Shown: positions 49,850 through 59,811, counted from the first letter of the stretch. The stretch is 64,000 nt of DNA from an uncultured delta proteobacterium (GCA_963815115.1 CAWFFN010000012.1:844231-908230); one strand, 5' to 3'. Notes: generated from the letters alone by a model not told the origin. Numbers and translations: made by a program.

Positions 49850-50995
49850 CTATCGCTCTCTCCCGAGGAGTCTCGGGCCAAGGAAGGCGAGCCACGCGGC
49901 CGTCCCCACGAGCCAGGCCGCGGCCGCCGCGCCGAGATGGGGGAAGTAGGTCGCAGTCCAGTCGGCGGTGACGCGCCCCAGCATGGCGAGGATGAGGCCG
50001 GTCGCCATGACGATGATCGCCGCGGGTGATCCTTCGCGCTCCCGATCGAGGTTCAGGTGGCTCAGCGCCACGTGTGTCGCGACCCCGAATGCCAGGACGC
50101 CGAAGCCGCCGATGAAGAGAAGATGGAGCAGGGGGACCCGATAGTCGGGCCAGATGCCCGACAGCGCGAGCCCGGCCGGCGTGAGCCACACCCCGAGCCA
50201 CACGAGCCGGCGATGCAGGCCTGGCCGGGCCGGGGGCCGCCACGCGCCACCGCCCAGCGCCAGCCCGATGGCGACCACCGTCGCCCGCAGGAGCGGTCCG
50301 ACACGTTCCCGGCCCGCCTGCTCGAGCAGGAAGCTCACCAGGATCAGGACGCCTGCGACGCCGTAGGCCCCGGCCTTGACGCGTTCGCGCGGCGACGACC
50401 CGAGGTCGGGAGGCGGCGGCGCCCCGGCCATGAGCGGCAGGACGAGTCCGCCGATCCCGACGACGAGGCAGAGAAACACGCCTTGCTCGACGAACAGCTT
50501 GCCCAGCCCGAGGGTCCACGCGGGCGCGCGGAGCGCCGACCACGCGAGGAGGAGCGCGGCGCCCGCGAGGCCGTGCAGCATCGCGAAGGGGATGAGGACG
50601 AACGCAGCCGGCGGCCGGCGACCGCTCGTGCGTCCGACGAAGCGCCGGACGGCGAACCGCAGCAGGAGGAGCAGCAGCGCAAGGTAGCCGATCTCGGCCA
50701 CCGCCCATCGCTCGGCCAGGGCGGCCACGGTGGTCGTCACGAGCGCCACGGCGGCGATCCACAGCTCCGCGGCCGTCGCAGAGCTCGTCTGCGTGCGCCG
50801 CGGCAGCGCCGTCATGAGAAACCCGACCGCGAACGCCATCAGGAAGCCCTGGGTCTGCACCAGGCCGTGCAGCATGCAGGAGTAGGTGGCGGTGACCCCG
50901 ATCGAGTAGAGGAGCCAGTGGCCGATGCCGACCCAGCCGAGAACCACGCCGAGCGGGAAGAAAGGACGGAACGGCTCGCTTCGCCATGGCAGCAT
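49850..50995 (-). CDS. nnrS: NnrS family membrane protein
   Basis: PFRPFFPLG, H....GF..AF..GFL.TALP, LH.LFIGG and V.L.H. Confidence 0.78.
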   Translation of the reverse strand: MLPWRSEPFRPFFPLGVVLGWVGIGHWLLYSIGVTATYSCMLHGLVQTQGFLMAFAVGFLMTALPRRTQTSSATAAELWIAAVALVTTTVAALAERWAVAEIGYLALLLLLLRFAVRRFVGRTSGRRPPAAFVLIPFAMLHGLAGAALLLAWSALRAPAWTLGLGKLFVEQGVFLCLVVGIGGLVLPLMAGAPPPPDLGSSPRERVKAGAYGVAGVLILVSFLLEQAGRERVGPLLRATVVAIGLALGGGAWRPPARPGLHRRLVWLGVWLTPAGLALSGIWPDYRVPLLHLLFIGGFGVLAFGVATHVALSHLNLDREREGSPAAIIVMATGLILAMLGRVTADWTATYFPHLGAAAAAWLVGTAAWLAFLGPRLLGRER

Positions 50996-51063
50996 GGCCC
51001 GAGCGCCCAGTTCTCGGACATCGCGTCGCGGACATCAACGCCGCGCGGTCGGCCCTGCCGGGG

Positions 51064-52185
51064 TCAGCCGTTCTGCGTGACGCCGAGGTCGGCGGGCATT
51101 TGCGGGCTCCCTTCCCCTCGAGCGAGCGGGACGCCACTCCGGACCAGGAGGTCGCGCAGGGCGATGATCACGGGGTTGACCTCCTGATTCCAGTCGGCCC
51201 GCTGCAGGTCGTACGCCCGCTGCTCGATCTCGACCGCGGTGCGATCCTCGGCGAACACGGACTCGGCGAACCGCCGGATGAGGGGCCAGACGACATGGAT
51301 GAGCCCCGGGATCGGAGGCTTCTCGATCATCAGCATCCCCACGCTGATGTGGCTGCGCTGCTCGCGGTCGTAGGGCACGTAGGCGGCCCATAGATTGAAC
51401 GCGGGGTCATCCGATCCGCCGCGTCGGATGCTGAGGGTCTGATACGGGTACTGGGTCCGGATCGTCATCAGGTCGCCGGCGCTCGCGGCCCCGGACGGCC
51501 GCGCTCTCGTCCGGCGTCCGGCCATCAGGAAGCGGGCACCGCGGTTTGCCTTGCCGGCGGTCCTCTGGAACCGGTATCGGGCCTCCACCCAACCGTCGCC
51601 CGTCCGATGATCGAGCAGCGTCGGCTTGATCGTCCCCATGATGCCCCGGTGGAAGAACTGATGGTTCATGTCCATCAGGTTCTCGTGCATGAACGAGTAG
51701 TGGCAGTCGACCTTGCGCCAGAAGTGCATCGTACGGGTGTTCCGGGAATGGAAGAACGGCAATCGGGGGACCTCCGCCTCGCGCGCCCTGTCACGATCAC
51801 CCGGGAACACGAACACGTAGCCGTAGTCTTCGTGGCAGGCGTAGCTTCTCACACCGGCGGGCCGGCAGGCGTCCTCGGGGAGGTACGGTACCGCCGCCAG
51901 CCGGCCGTCCTTTCGGTAGGTCCAGGCGTGGTAAGCGCACCTCAGCATCTCGCCACAGACGATCCCCTTGTGCAGCGGGAATTGCCGATGCGCGCAGCGA
52001 TCCGCGAGAGCGAAAACCTCGCCGCGCTCGGTGCGCGCCAGAACGATCGGCTCGCCGGCGAAGGCGGCGAGGTGCGTCCTGCCGCGTTTCAGGTCCTTCG
52101 ATCTCGCGAGCGGATACCAGAAGTCCGGGTGAATACCGATCCGGCGGAGGTCCGGTTCGTTGCCCTGTCGGTTCTCGGGCTGCAT
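51064..52185 (-). CDS. Rieske non-heme iron oxygenase alpha subunit (VanA-like group)
   Basis: Rieske ligands CAH...CAYH, mononuclear Fe motif ENLMDMNHQFFH and FAED. Start is 52185 or 52206. Confidence 0.9.
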   Translation of the reverse strand: MQPENRQGNEPDLRRIGIHPDFWYPLARSKDLKRGRTHLAAFAGEPIVLARTERGEVFALADRCAHRQFPLHKGIVCGEMLRCAYHAWTYRKDGRLAAVPYLPEDACRPAGVRSYACHEDYGYVFVFPGDRDRAREAEVPRLPFFHSRNTRTMHFWRKVDCHYSFMHENLMDMNHQFFHRGIMGTIKPTLLDHRTGDGWVEARYRFQRTAGKANRGARFLMAGRRTRARPSGAASAGDLMTIRTQYPYQTLSIRRGGSDDPAFNLWAAYVPYDREQRSHISVGMLMIEKPPIPGLIHVVWPLIRRFAESVFAEDRTAVEIEQRAYDLQRADWNQEVNPVIIALRDLLVRSGVPLARGEGSPQMPADLGVTQNG

Positions 52186-52340
52186 CCCTAGCCCCCCCTT
52201 CGCCATACCCCGCGGACCTCGACAGCGAGCGCGCCAGCTCTGTATGCGCTCGTCTCGCCGAGCGTCAAGGCATCGTCGGCGGCGCCTCTCTTGACTCGCC
52301 GATTCATCCGCGTCCGAGAGTGGGCAGGGGGGCGTCCGCG

Positions 52341-52916
52341 ATGGGTGGCGAACGGTCGATACTGGGCAGCCTGGTCAAGGGAACGCAGCGCGTCGGGTGG
52401 GGGCTGGTGATTCTCGGGCTGGTGGCCGCGCTGGCGCCGATCGCGACCGGCGCCACGCTGGTGGTGGTGATCGGACTCGTGCTGCTCGCGGCTGCAGCGC
52501 TGATCGGGTTGTGGGGCTTGCGTACCCGGGAGACGGGCAGGGGCAACACGGGACTCGTCATCGCGGCACTGGCCGCCATCGCCGGACTCGTGCTGGTGGT
52601 CCAGCCCACGGCGGGTCTCTCGCTCGTCCGTGTCTTGCTGGTCGGCTACTTCCTTCTGAGCGGAGCAGCGGAGATCGCCACGGCGTGGGAGCTGCGCTCG
52701 TCGGAGGACGACTGGAGCTCGATGCTGGCGTCCGGCGCCGTTTCCATCCTCGCGGGCGGCGCCCTCTGGGCCGACTGGCCGATCTCCGGCGCGCGCGCGA
52801 TCGGGCTCTTCGTGGGCGTGAAGCTGGCGTCGGTCGGCTGGGCCGTGGCGCGACTGGCTCGCCGCCTCGATTCCGTGGGCGATCGTGCGGCGGCAATCCG
52901 CGACCGCTTCCGTTGA
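52341..52916 (+). CDS. HdeD/DUF308 family membrane protein
   Basis: About six TM helices with W...LASG.VS..G......WP.SG..AIGL.VG. Confidence 0.78.
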   Translation: MGGERSILGSLVKGTQRVGWGLVILGLVAALAPIATGATLVVVIGLVLLAAAALIGLWGLRTRETGRGNTGLVIAALAAIAGLVLVVQPTAGLSLVRVLLVGYFLLSGAAEIATAWELRSSEDDWSSMLASGAVSILAGGALWADWPISGARAIGLFVGVKLASVGWAVARLARRLDSVGDRAAAIRDRFR

Positions 52917-52925
52917 TCCCTTGCC

Positions 52926-55742
52926 TCACCGATCCTTGCGGATGCCGTCCATCCGTGGACGTCGGCTGGCGCCGCTGCGGAAGCGATCCCAGGCTTCGCG
53001 GATGCGGGCCTTCTTGTCGCCCTCGAAGTGGAGCGCGGCGACCTCGGCGACGATGTCGCGCCCGCGCCACATCTCGAAGAGATTCGCCGCCGTGGGGCGG
53101 AGATCGAGCGTGTAGTCCGCGGCGAGCGACCCCTGGTCCTCACCCGCCTTCCACCCGAGCACGAAGACGCCGCGCACCGTGTCCTCGAGCCGTTCGACGA
53201 TCTTGCGCGGCAGCCAGGTGACGAGACCCATCAAGTCGAGGCGGACGGGCGCGGACGCGGGTGGCGGCGGGACGACGTTGGCTGCGATCACGAAATGCGC
53301 TCCCACCTCGCGGACCACCCGCGACGGCACGTTCGCGATGAACGCGCCGTCCGCGATGCGATCGGAGCCCCGGAGCAGGGTCGGGAAGATCGGCGGCAGA
53401 CTTCCCGACATGCGCACACCCCACCCGACGGTGGCATGCGACAGGGCCAAGGGCTCGTGCGTGCCGAGGTTGGTGCCGACGGGGTAGAACGGAATCTCCG
53501 TCGTCCCCAGGCAAGGCGGATCACTCGAGAGGACACCGGCAGCGCGCAACTCGCCGTGTACGAAGGTCTCGACCGCCGCGGACGAGAAGGGAGCGACGAA
53601 CAGGGTCCGATTCAATCTTCCGGTGGCGAGCGCCCGGATCGTCGGGCCGATACCAGGGCCGGAGGCCGAGTTCGCGTTCACGAGCAGGTCCACGGCCCGC
53701 ATGCCGCCGACCGCGTACAGGCCGCCCACCACGGCACCGAACGACGTGCCCGCGATGTAGTCGATGGGGACGCCCTGCTCCTCCAGGTTCCGCAGGAGTG
53801 CCACGTGGGAGAAGCCCCACGCGCCGCCACCGCCGAGGGCCAGGCCCACCGTGTGCCCGTTGACGACCCGCGCCAGCCTGGCGAAGGCGCGTCCTAGCGG
53901 GGGGCGTGGTCCGTCCGGGCGCAGGAGCGCACCGAGGTCGCCCCGGTCGAACGTCTCGGCGCCGGCCGGGTCGTCGGGAACGCGGACCACCCGCCGCGGT
54001 CCCTGGACGGACTCGTGCCGCAGCTCCTTGCCCGGGTCGAACCCGAGATACCATTCGATCGCCCGGCGGACGGGGTCGGGTGCGCCTTCGATCGCGCCGC
54101 CGAAGAGCCAGGCGAGCGGTACCCGCTTCGCGCGCTCCTCCTCGAGAGTCAGGTACGCGGGCGTCATGCGGTACACCCAGGTCACGTGTTCGGGCTCTGC
54201 CGGCGGATATCCGGCGTCCGCGTCCTCGCAGAGGTAGAACACCTCACCGCAGCGACCATGGAGTCGCTCGAGCACCTGACTCGCGAGACCGTGGGCGTCG
54301 CGCTCGCTTCCGGCCACGACGATGTGGCTCACACCCTGCTCCGCCTCCAAGGCGTCGATGAGATCCTCCACCCGGTCCGCATCGGTGGCCTCCGGCCACA
54401 CGACCTTCAACCCCGGTGGCCAGCCGGCCCGCGCGGGTGGCTCCAGAACGTGGCAGGTGAGCTCGGGTCGACGCCCGTGCGCGCGCCGTTTGCGCGGGCC
54501 CTCCTGGACGCACACCTGCTCCGTCGTGATCGTGCAGCCACACGCGTCCCAGCGCGCGGCGAAATTCTTCGGTCCCTCCAGATCGATCACCTTGACGGTG
54601 CGTCCCCCCGAGCGCGCGAGCTCGGCGCCGGTGCCGTAGGCCAGGGCCGTCGCGCCGAGCCCGGGCCGAGCGGCATGGAAGCTGACGATCGTCGGCATCG
54701 GGTCCGCAATGCCGGCCGGATCGTCGGAGAGCATGCGCTTCACGCGGGACCACACGGCCGCGCGGTCGTCGAGAACCCAGCGCAGCGCGTACCAGTAGAG
54801 CTGCAGCACCTGCGCGTCGGGTGTGAGCCGGACCTCGGTTCGGCGAGGAGGCTCGACGATCTTCACGTCCTCCTGGGATGGATTTCGCAGCTCGGCGTCC
54901 ATCACCAGCCCCTCGTGGCCGAAGAGGTCTCCGGGGCGCAGCGTGGCGACGTACTCGTTGCGTCCGGTGGTGCTCCCGGGGACCCGCAACGTGGCTTCGC
55001 CACGGAGCAGCAGGGCCGCCCGGGTGCTGGGCCTGCCTGCGGCAAGGTAGGGACCGACCTCGCTCCCCGGCGAAACGATGGCACCGAGCTGCAGGAGATA
55101 TTCGCGGTCGGCCGGATTCAGCAGGCGCAACAACGGATTCTTCCGCACGCACCGCATAATCTCGCTGCGCCGGGCGAAACGGATTGCGACGTGGTGCTCG
55201 ACGAAACGCCGAAAGTCGGGATGGCTCTTCATGAGCGCGAGCGCGACGTCGAGTGCGATGCGCTGCGTACGCACGTTGCTCAACGCCTGGGCTTCGAAGC
55301 GGCCGCTGGGCCAGCCCACCCGGCGATCGGCCTCACGAAGCAGGTTCGGCAGACCGATCCATTGCCCGGGCCGATACTGCGCGAGCACACGCCGGCGCTC
55401 CTCCCCGCCGCTCCGGAACGTGGCCACGAGCCTGGCCCGACCTGCGACGAGGAGATGGATCGCTGCGTCGTTGCCCTCGCCCAGCTCGGGGAACACCGTG
55501 CCCGGCTCGAGATGCAGGTCGGGGTTCACCGGCGTCAGCGCGTCCAGGAGTGCCGCGACCGTCGTCTCGCCGAGGAGCGGATGAAGTTCCAGGGCCGCCG
55601 CCGTGATTTGCCGGTCGTCCTGGTAGAAGTCGTCGGGGTGGAGTGCGGCGTCGTACTCGCGCGTCGCGCCGGGAGACACGCTCACGCGCTGGAGGTACTC
55701 GGGGAGCTCGAAGGCCCACGGATCGATCGGCGCCGGATTCAT
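52926..55742 (-). CDS. NTE/PNPLA6-like phospholipase: two cNMP-binding domains, a degenerate P-loop domain and patatin
   Basis: CNBD-like LA.Y.PG.W.G and L.PGDLFGHE...R. Middle region IVSFHAARPGLGAT...VIDL. Patatin motifs GGGGAWG, GTSFG and DGA. Confidence 0.87.
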   Translation of the reverse strand: MNPAPIDPWAFELPEYLQRVSVSPGATREYDAALHPDDFYQDDRQITAAALELHPLLGETTVAALLDALTPVNPDLHLEPGTVFPELGEGNDAAIHLLVAGRARLVATFRSGGEERRRVLAQYRPGQWIGLPNLLREADRRVGWPSGRFEAQALSNVRTQRIALDVALALMKSHPDFRRFVEHHVAIRFARRSEIMRCVRKNPLLRLLNPADREYLLQLGAIVSPGSEVGPYLAAGRPSTRAALLLRGEATLRVPGSTTGRNEYVATLRPGDLFGHEGLVMDAELRNPSQEDVKIVEPPRRTEVRLTPDAQVLQLYWYALRWVLDDRAAVWSRVKRMLSDDPAGIADPMPTIVSFHAARPGLGATALAYGTGAELARSGGRTVKVIDLEGPKNFAARWDACGCTITTEQVCVQEGPRKRRAHGRRPELTCHVLEPPARAGWPPGLKVVWPEATDADRVEDLIDALEAEQGVSHIVVAGSERDAHGLASQVLERLHGRCGEVFYLCEDADAGYPPAEPEHVTWVYRMTPAYLTLEEERAKRVPLAWLFGGAIEGAPDPVRRAIEWYLGFDPGKELRHESVQGPRRVVRVPDDPAGAETFDRGDLGALLRPDGPRPPLGRAFARLARVVNGHTVGLALGGGGAWGFSHVALLRNLEEQGVPIDYIAGTSFGAVVGGLYAVGGMRAVDLLVNANSASGPGIGPTIRALATGRLNRTLFVAPFSSAAVETFVHGELRAAGVLSSDPPCLGTTEIPFYPVGTNLGTHEPLALSHATVGWGVRMSGSLPPIFPTLLRGSDRIADGAFIANVPSRVVREVGAHFVIAANVVPPPPASAPVRLDLMGLVTWLPRKIVERLEDTVRGVFVLGWKAGEDQGSLAADYTLDLRPTAANLFEMWRGRDIVAEVAALHFEGDKKARIREAWDRFRSGASRRPRMDGIRKDR

Positions 55743-55829
55743 CCTGGGGTGCTCGTCGCGGCCCGACTATACACGGCGGTACGCGACGTCGGGAAGGCGA
55801 GACGCCCTCGCTTCGGGTTGACCACGCAG

Positions 55830-55845
55830 TCTACCCGGCGGTAGA
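55830..55845. promoter_or_regulatory. palindrome in the divergent patatin/FabH intergenic region
   Basis: TCTACC-cggc-GGTAGA. Confidence 0.35.
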
Positions 55846-55856
55846 GCAAGAGCGCT

Positions 55857-56848
55857 GTGGCTGCTCCCAGAAAGACCGCGCTCTCGGTGCGCATCGCTGG
55901 GACCGGCAGCGTGATGCCCGGGCGGCCCGTGACGACTGCCGAGCTGGTCGCGCAGGTGGCGGGCCCGTGGGACGCGACCCGCGTGACGGAACGGACCGGC
56001 ATCGCCGCCCGCCACTTCGTCGCGCCCGGCACCACCGCCGCCGTGCTCGGGGCGGCAGCTCTGCGCAGAGCCCTCGCGAGCGCTCGCATGCCGCCGGAGG
56101 CGGTCAGGCGCATCATCTTCGTCGACTCGCTCGGTGGCGACGCGCTCATTCCCGCGACGGCCAACGACGTCATGGCGGCGCTCGAGACCCGGGGCGCCTG
56201 CGACTGCTTCGATCTGAACAACGCCTGCCTGGGATTCCTCTCGGCGTTCGACGTCGCGGCGCGCGGCGTGGCCACGGGACAGGAGGTCGTCGCCATCGTC
56301 GTCGCCGAGCTCGGGTCACGCTTCATCACGCCCGACGATCCGCGCCCGTTCTTCGTCTTCGGGGATGGAGCCGCGGCCGTCGTCCTGACCGCGGGCGAGA
56401 ACGGCGAGGGCATTCTCGGCTCCGTGCTGCGAAATCGGCCGGGCAATGCCGGCGGGGTGGTGCTCGCGCACCCCGGGCACACGGGAGCACGCGAGACGAT
56501 TCGCTTCACGAAGCCGAACGCCCGGATGCTCGATCTCGCCCTCGACCTCCTGCGTGACAGCACGGACGCGGTGCTCGCCGAAGCGGGGCTGCGCCTCGAC
56601 GACGTCGAGTGGATCCTGCCGCATCAGCCGAACGGCGTCATGCTGGACGCGTTCGTCCGCGTCCTAGGCGTCGATGCGGGGGGGGTCGTGCCGGTCGTCC
56701 GCGAAACCGGCAGCGTGGGCGCCGCGTCGATCCCGATCAGCCTCGATCGCCTGATGTCCTCGGGCCGCGTCCGCTCCGGCGATCGTATCCTCATGATCGG
56801 CGTGGGCGCCGGCCTCTCCTCCGGGGCGACGCTCCTCGAGCGGGTGAT
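55857..56848 (+). CDS. FabH-like (KAS III) enzyme with Cys-His-Ser instead of Cys-His-Asn
   Basis: ERTGI..R, DLNNACLGF, FGDGAAA, PHQPN, TGSVGAASIP and GAGLS. The 3' end is ambiguous because it reads in frame into the next gene. Confidence 0.85.
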
Positions 56849-57630
56849 GGCGCCGAGTCGCCTTCCGCTCCGCCTCTGGCTCGGCTACTGGCGAGTGCTC
56901 CACGCTACCACCGCTACACCGTGAACGGCCTCGAGCACCTCGACGGCTCGCGCGCCGCGCTGATCGTCGGATACCACGGCCGCCCGTTCGCCTACGACAT
57001 GTGCATGCTCACGGTCGCAATCTACGATCGCCTGGGCTACCTCCCCCACGGCGTCGTGCACCGGGGCATGAAGCACATTCCGATCCTGCGATGGCTGGTC
57101 GATGGGCTGGGCTTCGTCACCGGCGACGACGACGACGTCCGCCGAGCCGTGGCGCACGGCGAGCACATCGTCGTGACCCCCGGCGGCGCGCGCGAGGGCT
57201 GCCGCGGCTTGCGGAGCCGCTATCGCGTCGACTGGGGGGCGGGGTCGGCTATCTGCGGCTCGCGCTCCGCCACGGGCTGTCCATCGTGCCGGTGGCGGCG
57301 GCGGGAGCCGACGGCGCCTACATCGGGCTGAACGATGCCGATCGGCTCGGGCGGCGGCTCGGTCTTCCCCGCGACTGGACGTGGATTCCCTGGCTCGGCC
57401 TCGGTCCGCTCGGCCCCTACCCCCTGTCGCCACCGTTCCCCGTCCGCATGCGGCAGCTCGTCGGCGAGCCCATCGATCCCCGGAGCGACGGACGGATATC
57501 GCTCGACGACCGCGCGGGTCTCCTTCGCCTGCACGCCCGCGTCCAGCGAGCCGTGCAGGAGCTGCTGGACCGCGCGCGGGGGACACGGCAGATCGGCATG
57601 CCCGAGGCGTCGAGACACGATGCCGCGTGA
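56847..57630 (+). CDS. DGAT2/MGAT-like (LPLAT) acyltransferase, frameshifted near 56900 and 57235
   Basis: YHRY.V.GLEHL, LIVGYHG....D, PGGAREG and GY.RLAL..G..IVPVA, spread over three frames. Confidence 0.75.
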
Positions 57631-58450
57631 AGCCGTCGGCGAGGGGCAGCGATGGGCGGTGATCCTCGGCGCCTCGACCGGAACGGGCGCGGCCATCGCC
57701 CGAGCGGTGGCGCGCGACCCCGGCCTGCACGTCTTCGGTGTCCATCGGGGGCACTTCCCGGACGAGGCCCGGGTGCTCGAGGACGAGATACGCGCCGTCG
57801 GCCGTCGAGTGTCGTTGCTGGTCGCCGATGCGGGTGATGCGGACGGCGCGCTCGCCGGTGCCGCGCACGTCCGCGAGGTGGCCGGGCCGCGCAGCGTGGG
57901 ACTCATGGTGCACGCCCTCAGCGGCGCCTCGCTCGGGCAATTTCTCGCCGTCGATGGCGCGGGACTGCATCCGAAGCAGTTCGAGAAGACGTTCAACTAC
58001 CTGGCGCATTCCTTCGTGTACTGGGCGCGGGCGCTGCACGATCTCGACCTTCTCGCTCCGGGCGCCCAGATACTCGGCCTGACCAACCTCCTGCACGACT
58101 CTCTCCTCCACAACTGCGGCCTCATCGCCGCGGCGAAAGCCGCCCTCCAGATGTACGTGCGCCACCTCGCGCTCGAGCTCGGTCCGCACGGCCATCGCGT
58201 CAACCTCCTCAAGTTCAGCTCCGTCGTGACGCCGGCGCTGGCACGCATGCTCGGGCCGGCAGGCGTCGAACGGCTCGAGTCGTCCGTGCGCGAGCTGATT
58301 CCTGCCGGTGGATCGTGCACGTTCGAGGACGTCGGGCGCGTCGGCGCGTTCCTCGCCCGCGACGAGGGGGAATGGTTCAACGGCGCGACGATCGACTACA
58401 CCGGTGGGATGACGCTCCGGCTCCTGGACGTCATCCTGCGGCCCGAGTGA
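57620..58450 (+). CDS. SDR oxidoreductase, enoyl-ACP reductase FabI/FabL-like, with catalytic Tyr replaced by Cys
   Basis: ILGAS.G.G, NCGLIAAAKAAL, LALELGP.G.RVN, TPAL and W.NG.TI..GG. Confidence 0.82.
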   Translation: MPREAVGEGQRWAVILGASTGTGAAIARAVARDPGLHVFGVHRGHFPDEARVLEDEIRAVGRRVSLLVADAGDADGALAGAAHVREVAGPRSVGLMVHALSGASLGQFLAVDGAGLHPKQFEKTFNYLAHSFVYWARALHDLDLLAPGAQILGLTNLLHDSLLHNCGLIAAAKAALQMYVRHLALELGPHGHRVNLLKFSSVVTPALARMLGPAGVERLESSVRELIPAGGSCTFEDVGRVGAFLARDEGEWFNGATIDYTGGMTLRLLDVILRPE

Positions 58451-58460
58451 GGTGCACGCC

Positions 58461-58937
58461 ATGGGCAAGATCGACGATGCGCTCAAGCAGCCGCAGCTCG
58501 ATACGCTGCGGAAGAAGTGTTCGAACCCGGACGCCGTCCAGATCCTGAGCAGGGGGATCCCGGCCCTCGACGACCGGACCGCGACGTACATCGACGCGAT
58601 CCGGAGCGCGTTCTACGACGGCACCGAGATCCGGCCCAAGGACCGCGAGCGCTCCCTCATCGCGATCCTCTCGTCGCGCGACGCCGGCCTCGACCTCGCG
58701 ATCCACGTCTACCTCGGGTTGATGCGGGGCCTCTCGCCCGGAGAGATCGCGGACATCATCTTCCTCGGCGGCATCTACACGGGAGTGGATCGCATGAGCG
58801 ACGGCCTCGCTGCGGAGATGGAGAAGCGCTTCACGGTGCTCGCGCAGGTCGCGACTCCGCCGGGGAATTGCAAGGTGGCGGACGTCATGAAGGCGCTGCA
58901 CGATGCCTTCACCGCGCCGCTCCCACCGAGTCCGTGA
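58461..58937 (+). CDS. carboxymuconolactone decarboxylase / AhpD-like protein
   Basis: GAGGT SD, KDRE..LIAIL, L.IH...L..GLS..EI..II.....Y.G. No CxxC motif. Confidence 0.72.
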   Translation: MGKIDDALKQPQLDTLRKKCSNPDAVQILSRGIPALDDRTATYIDAIRSAFYDGTEIRPKDRERSLIAILSSRDAGLDLAIHVYLGLMRGLSPGEIADIIFLGGIYTGVDRMSDGLAAEMEKRFTVLAQVATPPGNCKVADVMKALHDAFTAPLPPSP

Positions 58938-58952
58938 ACGGCCATGCCCCGC

Positions 58953-59811
58953 TCACGCGCCGGCCCGCGGCATGCAGAACGTGAGGCAGTAGTAGTAGCG
59001 ACTCACCTGCTCCGAGACCACGGCGCTGGCTCCGGGAGGCAGGAGGGCGAGCGGGCTGCCCGGCGCGGCCGTGTAGAATGTGAGCGCACGGAACACCAGG
59101 CGATGGAACGCCGAACGACGACTCCCGGGGTCGAGCTGCTCGTCGACGACCACGATGGCTGTATCGGGCCGGGCCACACAGCCATCTCCGCCAGCCCCAG
59201 GCGCGGATCACCGTATCCGCCGATCCCGCCGACGTGGAAGACGCGGTCGAAGGAGGCGTCCGCGAACGGGAGCGCGTGCGCGTCGGCGGCGAGCAGACGC
59301 ATCCGGCGGCCCGGATGGCGAGCGAGCCGTCGGCGGCAGCGAGCGAGCATCCCGTCGCTCAGGTCGAGCCCCCGGCAGCTCCACGTCGAGCTCGCGCGGC
59401 AGATCGCGGTCGAGGAGGGACAGGTTCGCGCCTGCCCCGACGCCGACCTCGAGGATGCGGAGCTGGCGGCCATCAGCAGAGGCGCAGGAGATCGCCGAGG
59501 GCGAGACGCGTCATGTAGCCGTCGCGGGCGGCGCGCTCGGACATTCCCTGCAGCGGAGGAAAGAGCGCACGGGTTACCGGGTCGTGCAGGGGGGCGAACC
59601 AGTCGTAGAGCACCCGCATGAAGCGATCGGCGCGCTGGACGCGGTCCTCGTCGACCAGCCGCGGCAGACCGGCACACACTGGCCAACCGCGCCGGCAGCG
59701 CCCGCAACGCAAGGCGCCGGTGTCGAGCTCGTCTCCCGCGAGCTGTCCTTCGAATTCGAGTGGCCCGCGGCATGCAGGGCATGCGAGGGTGCCGACGTCC
59801 GCAGGCGTCAT
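58953..59811 (-). CDS. class I SAM methyltransferase with N-terminal Trm112-like Zn finger, frameshifted near 59480, 59375 and 59180
   Basis: LACPAC...LRCGRC, ILEVGVGAGAN, GLDLS.GML and ADAHALPFADASFD.V, in successive frames. Confidence 0.8.
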
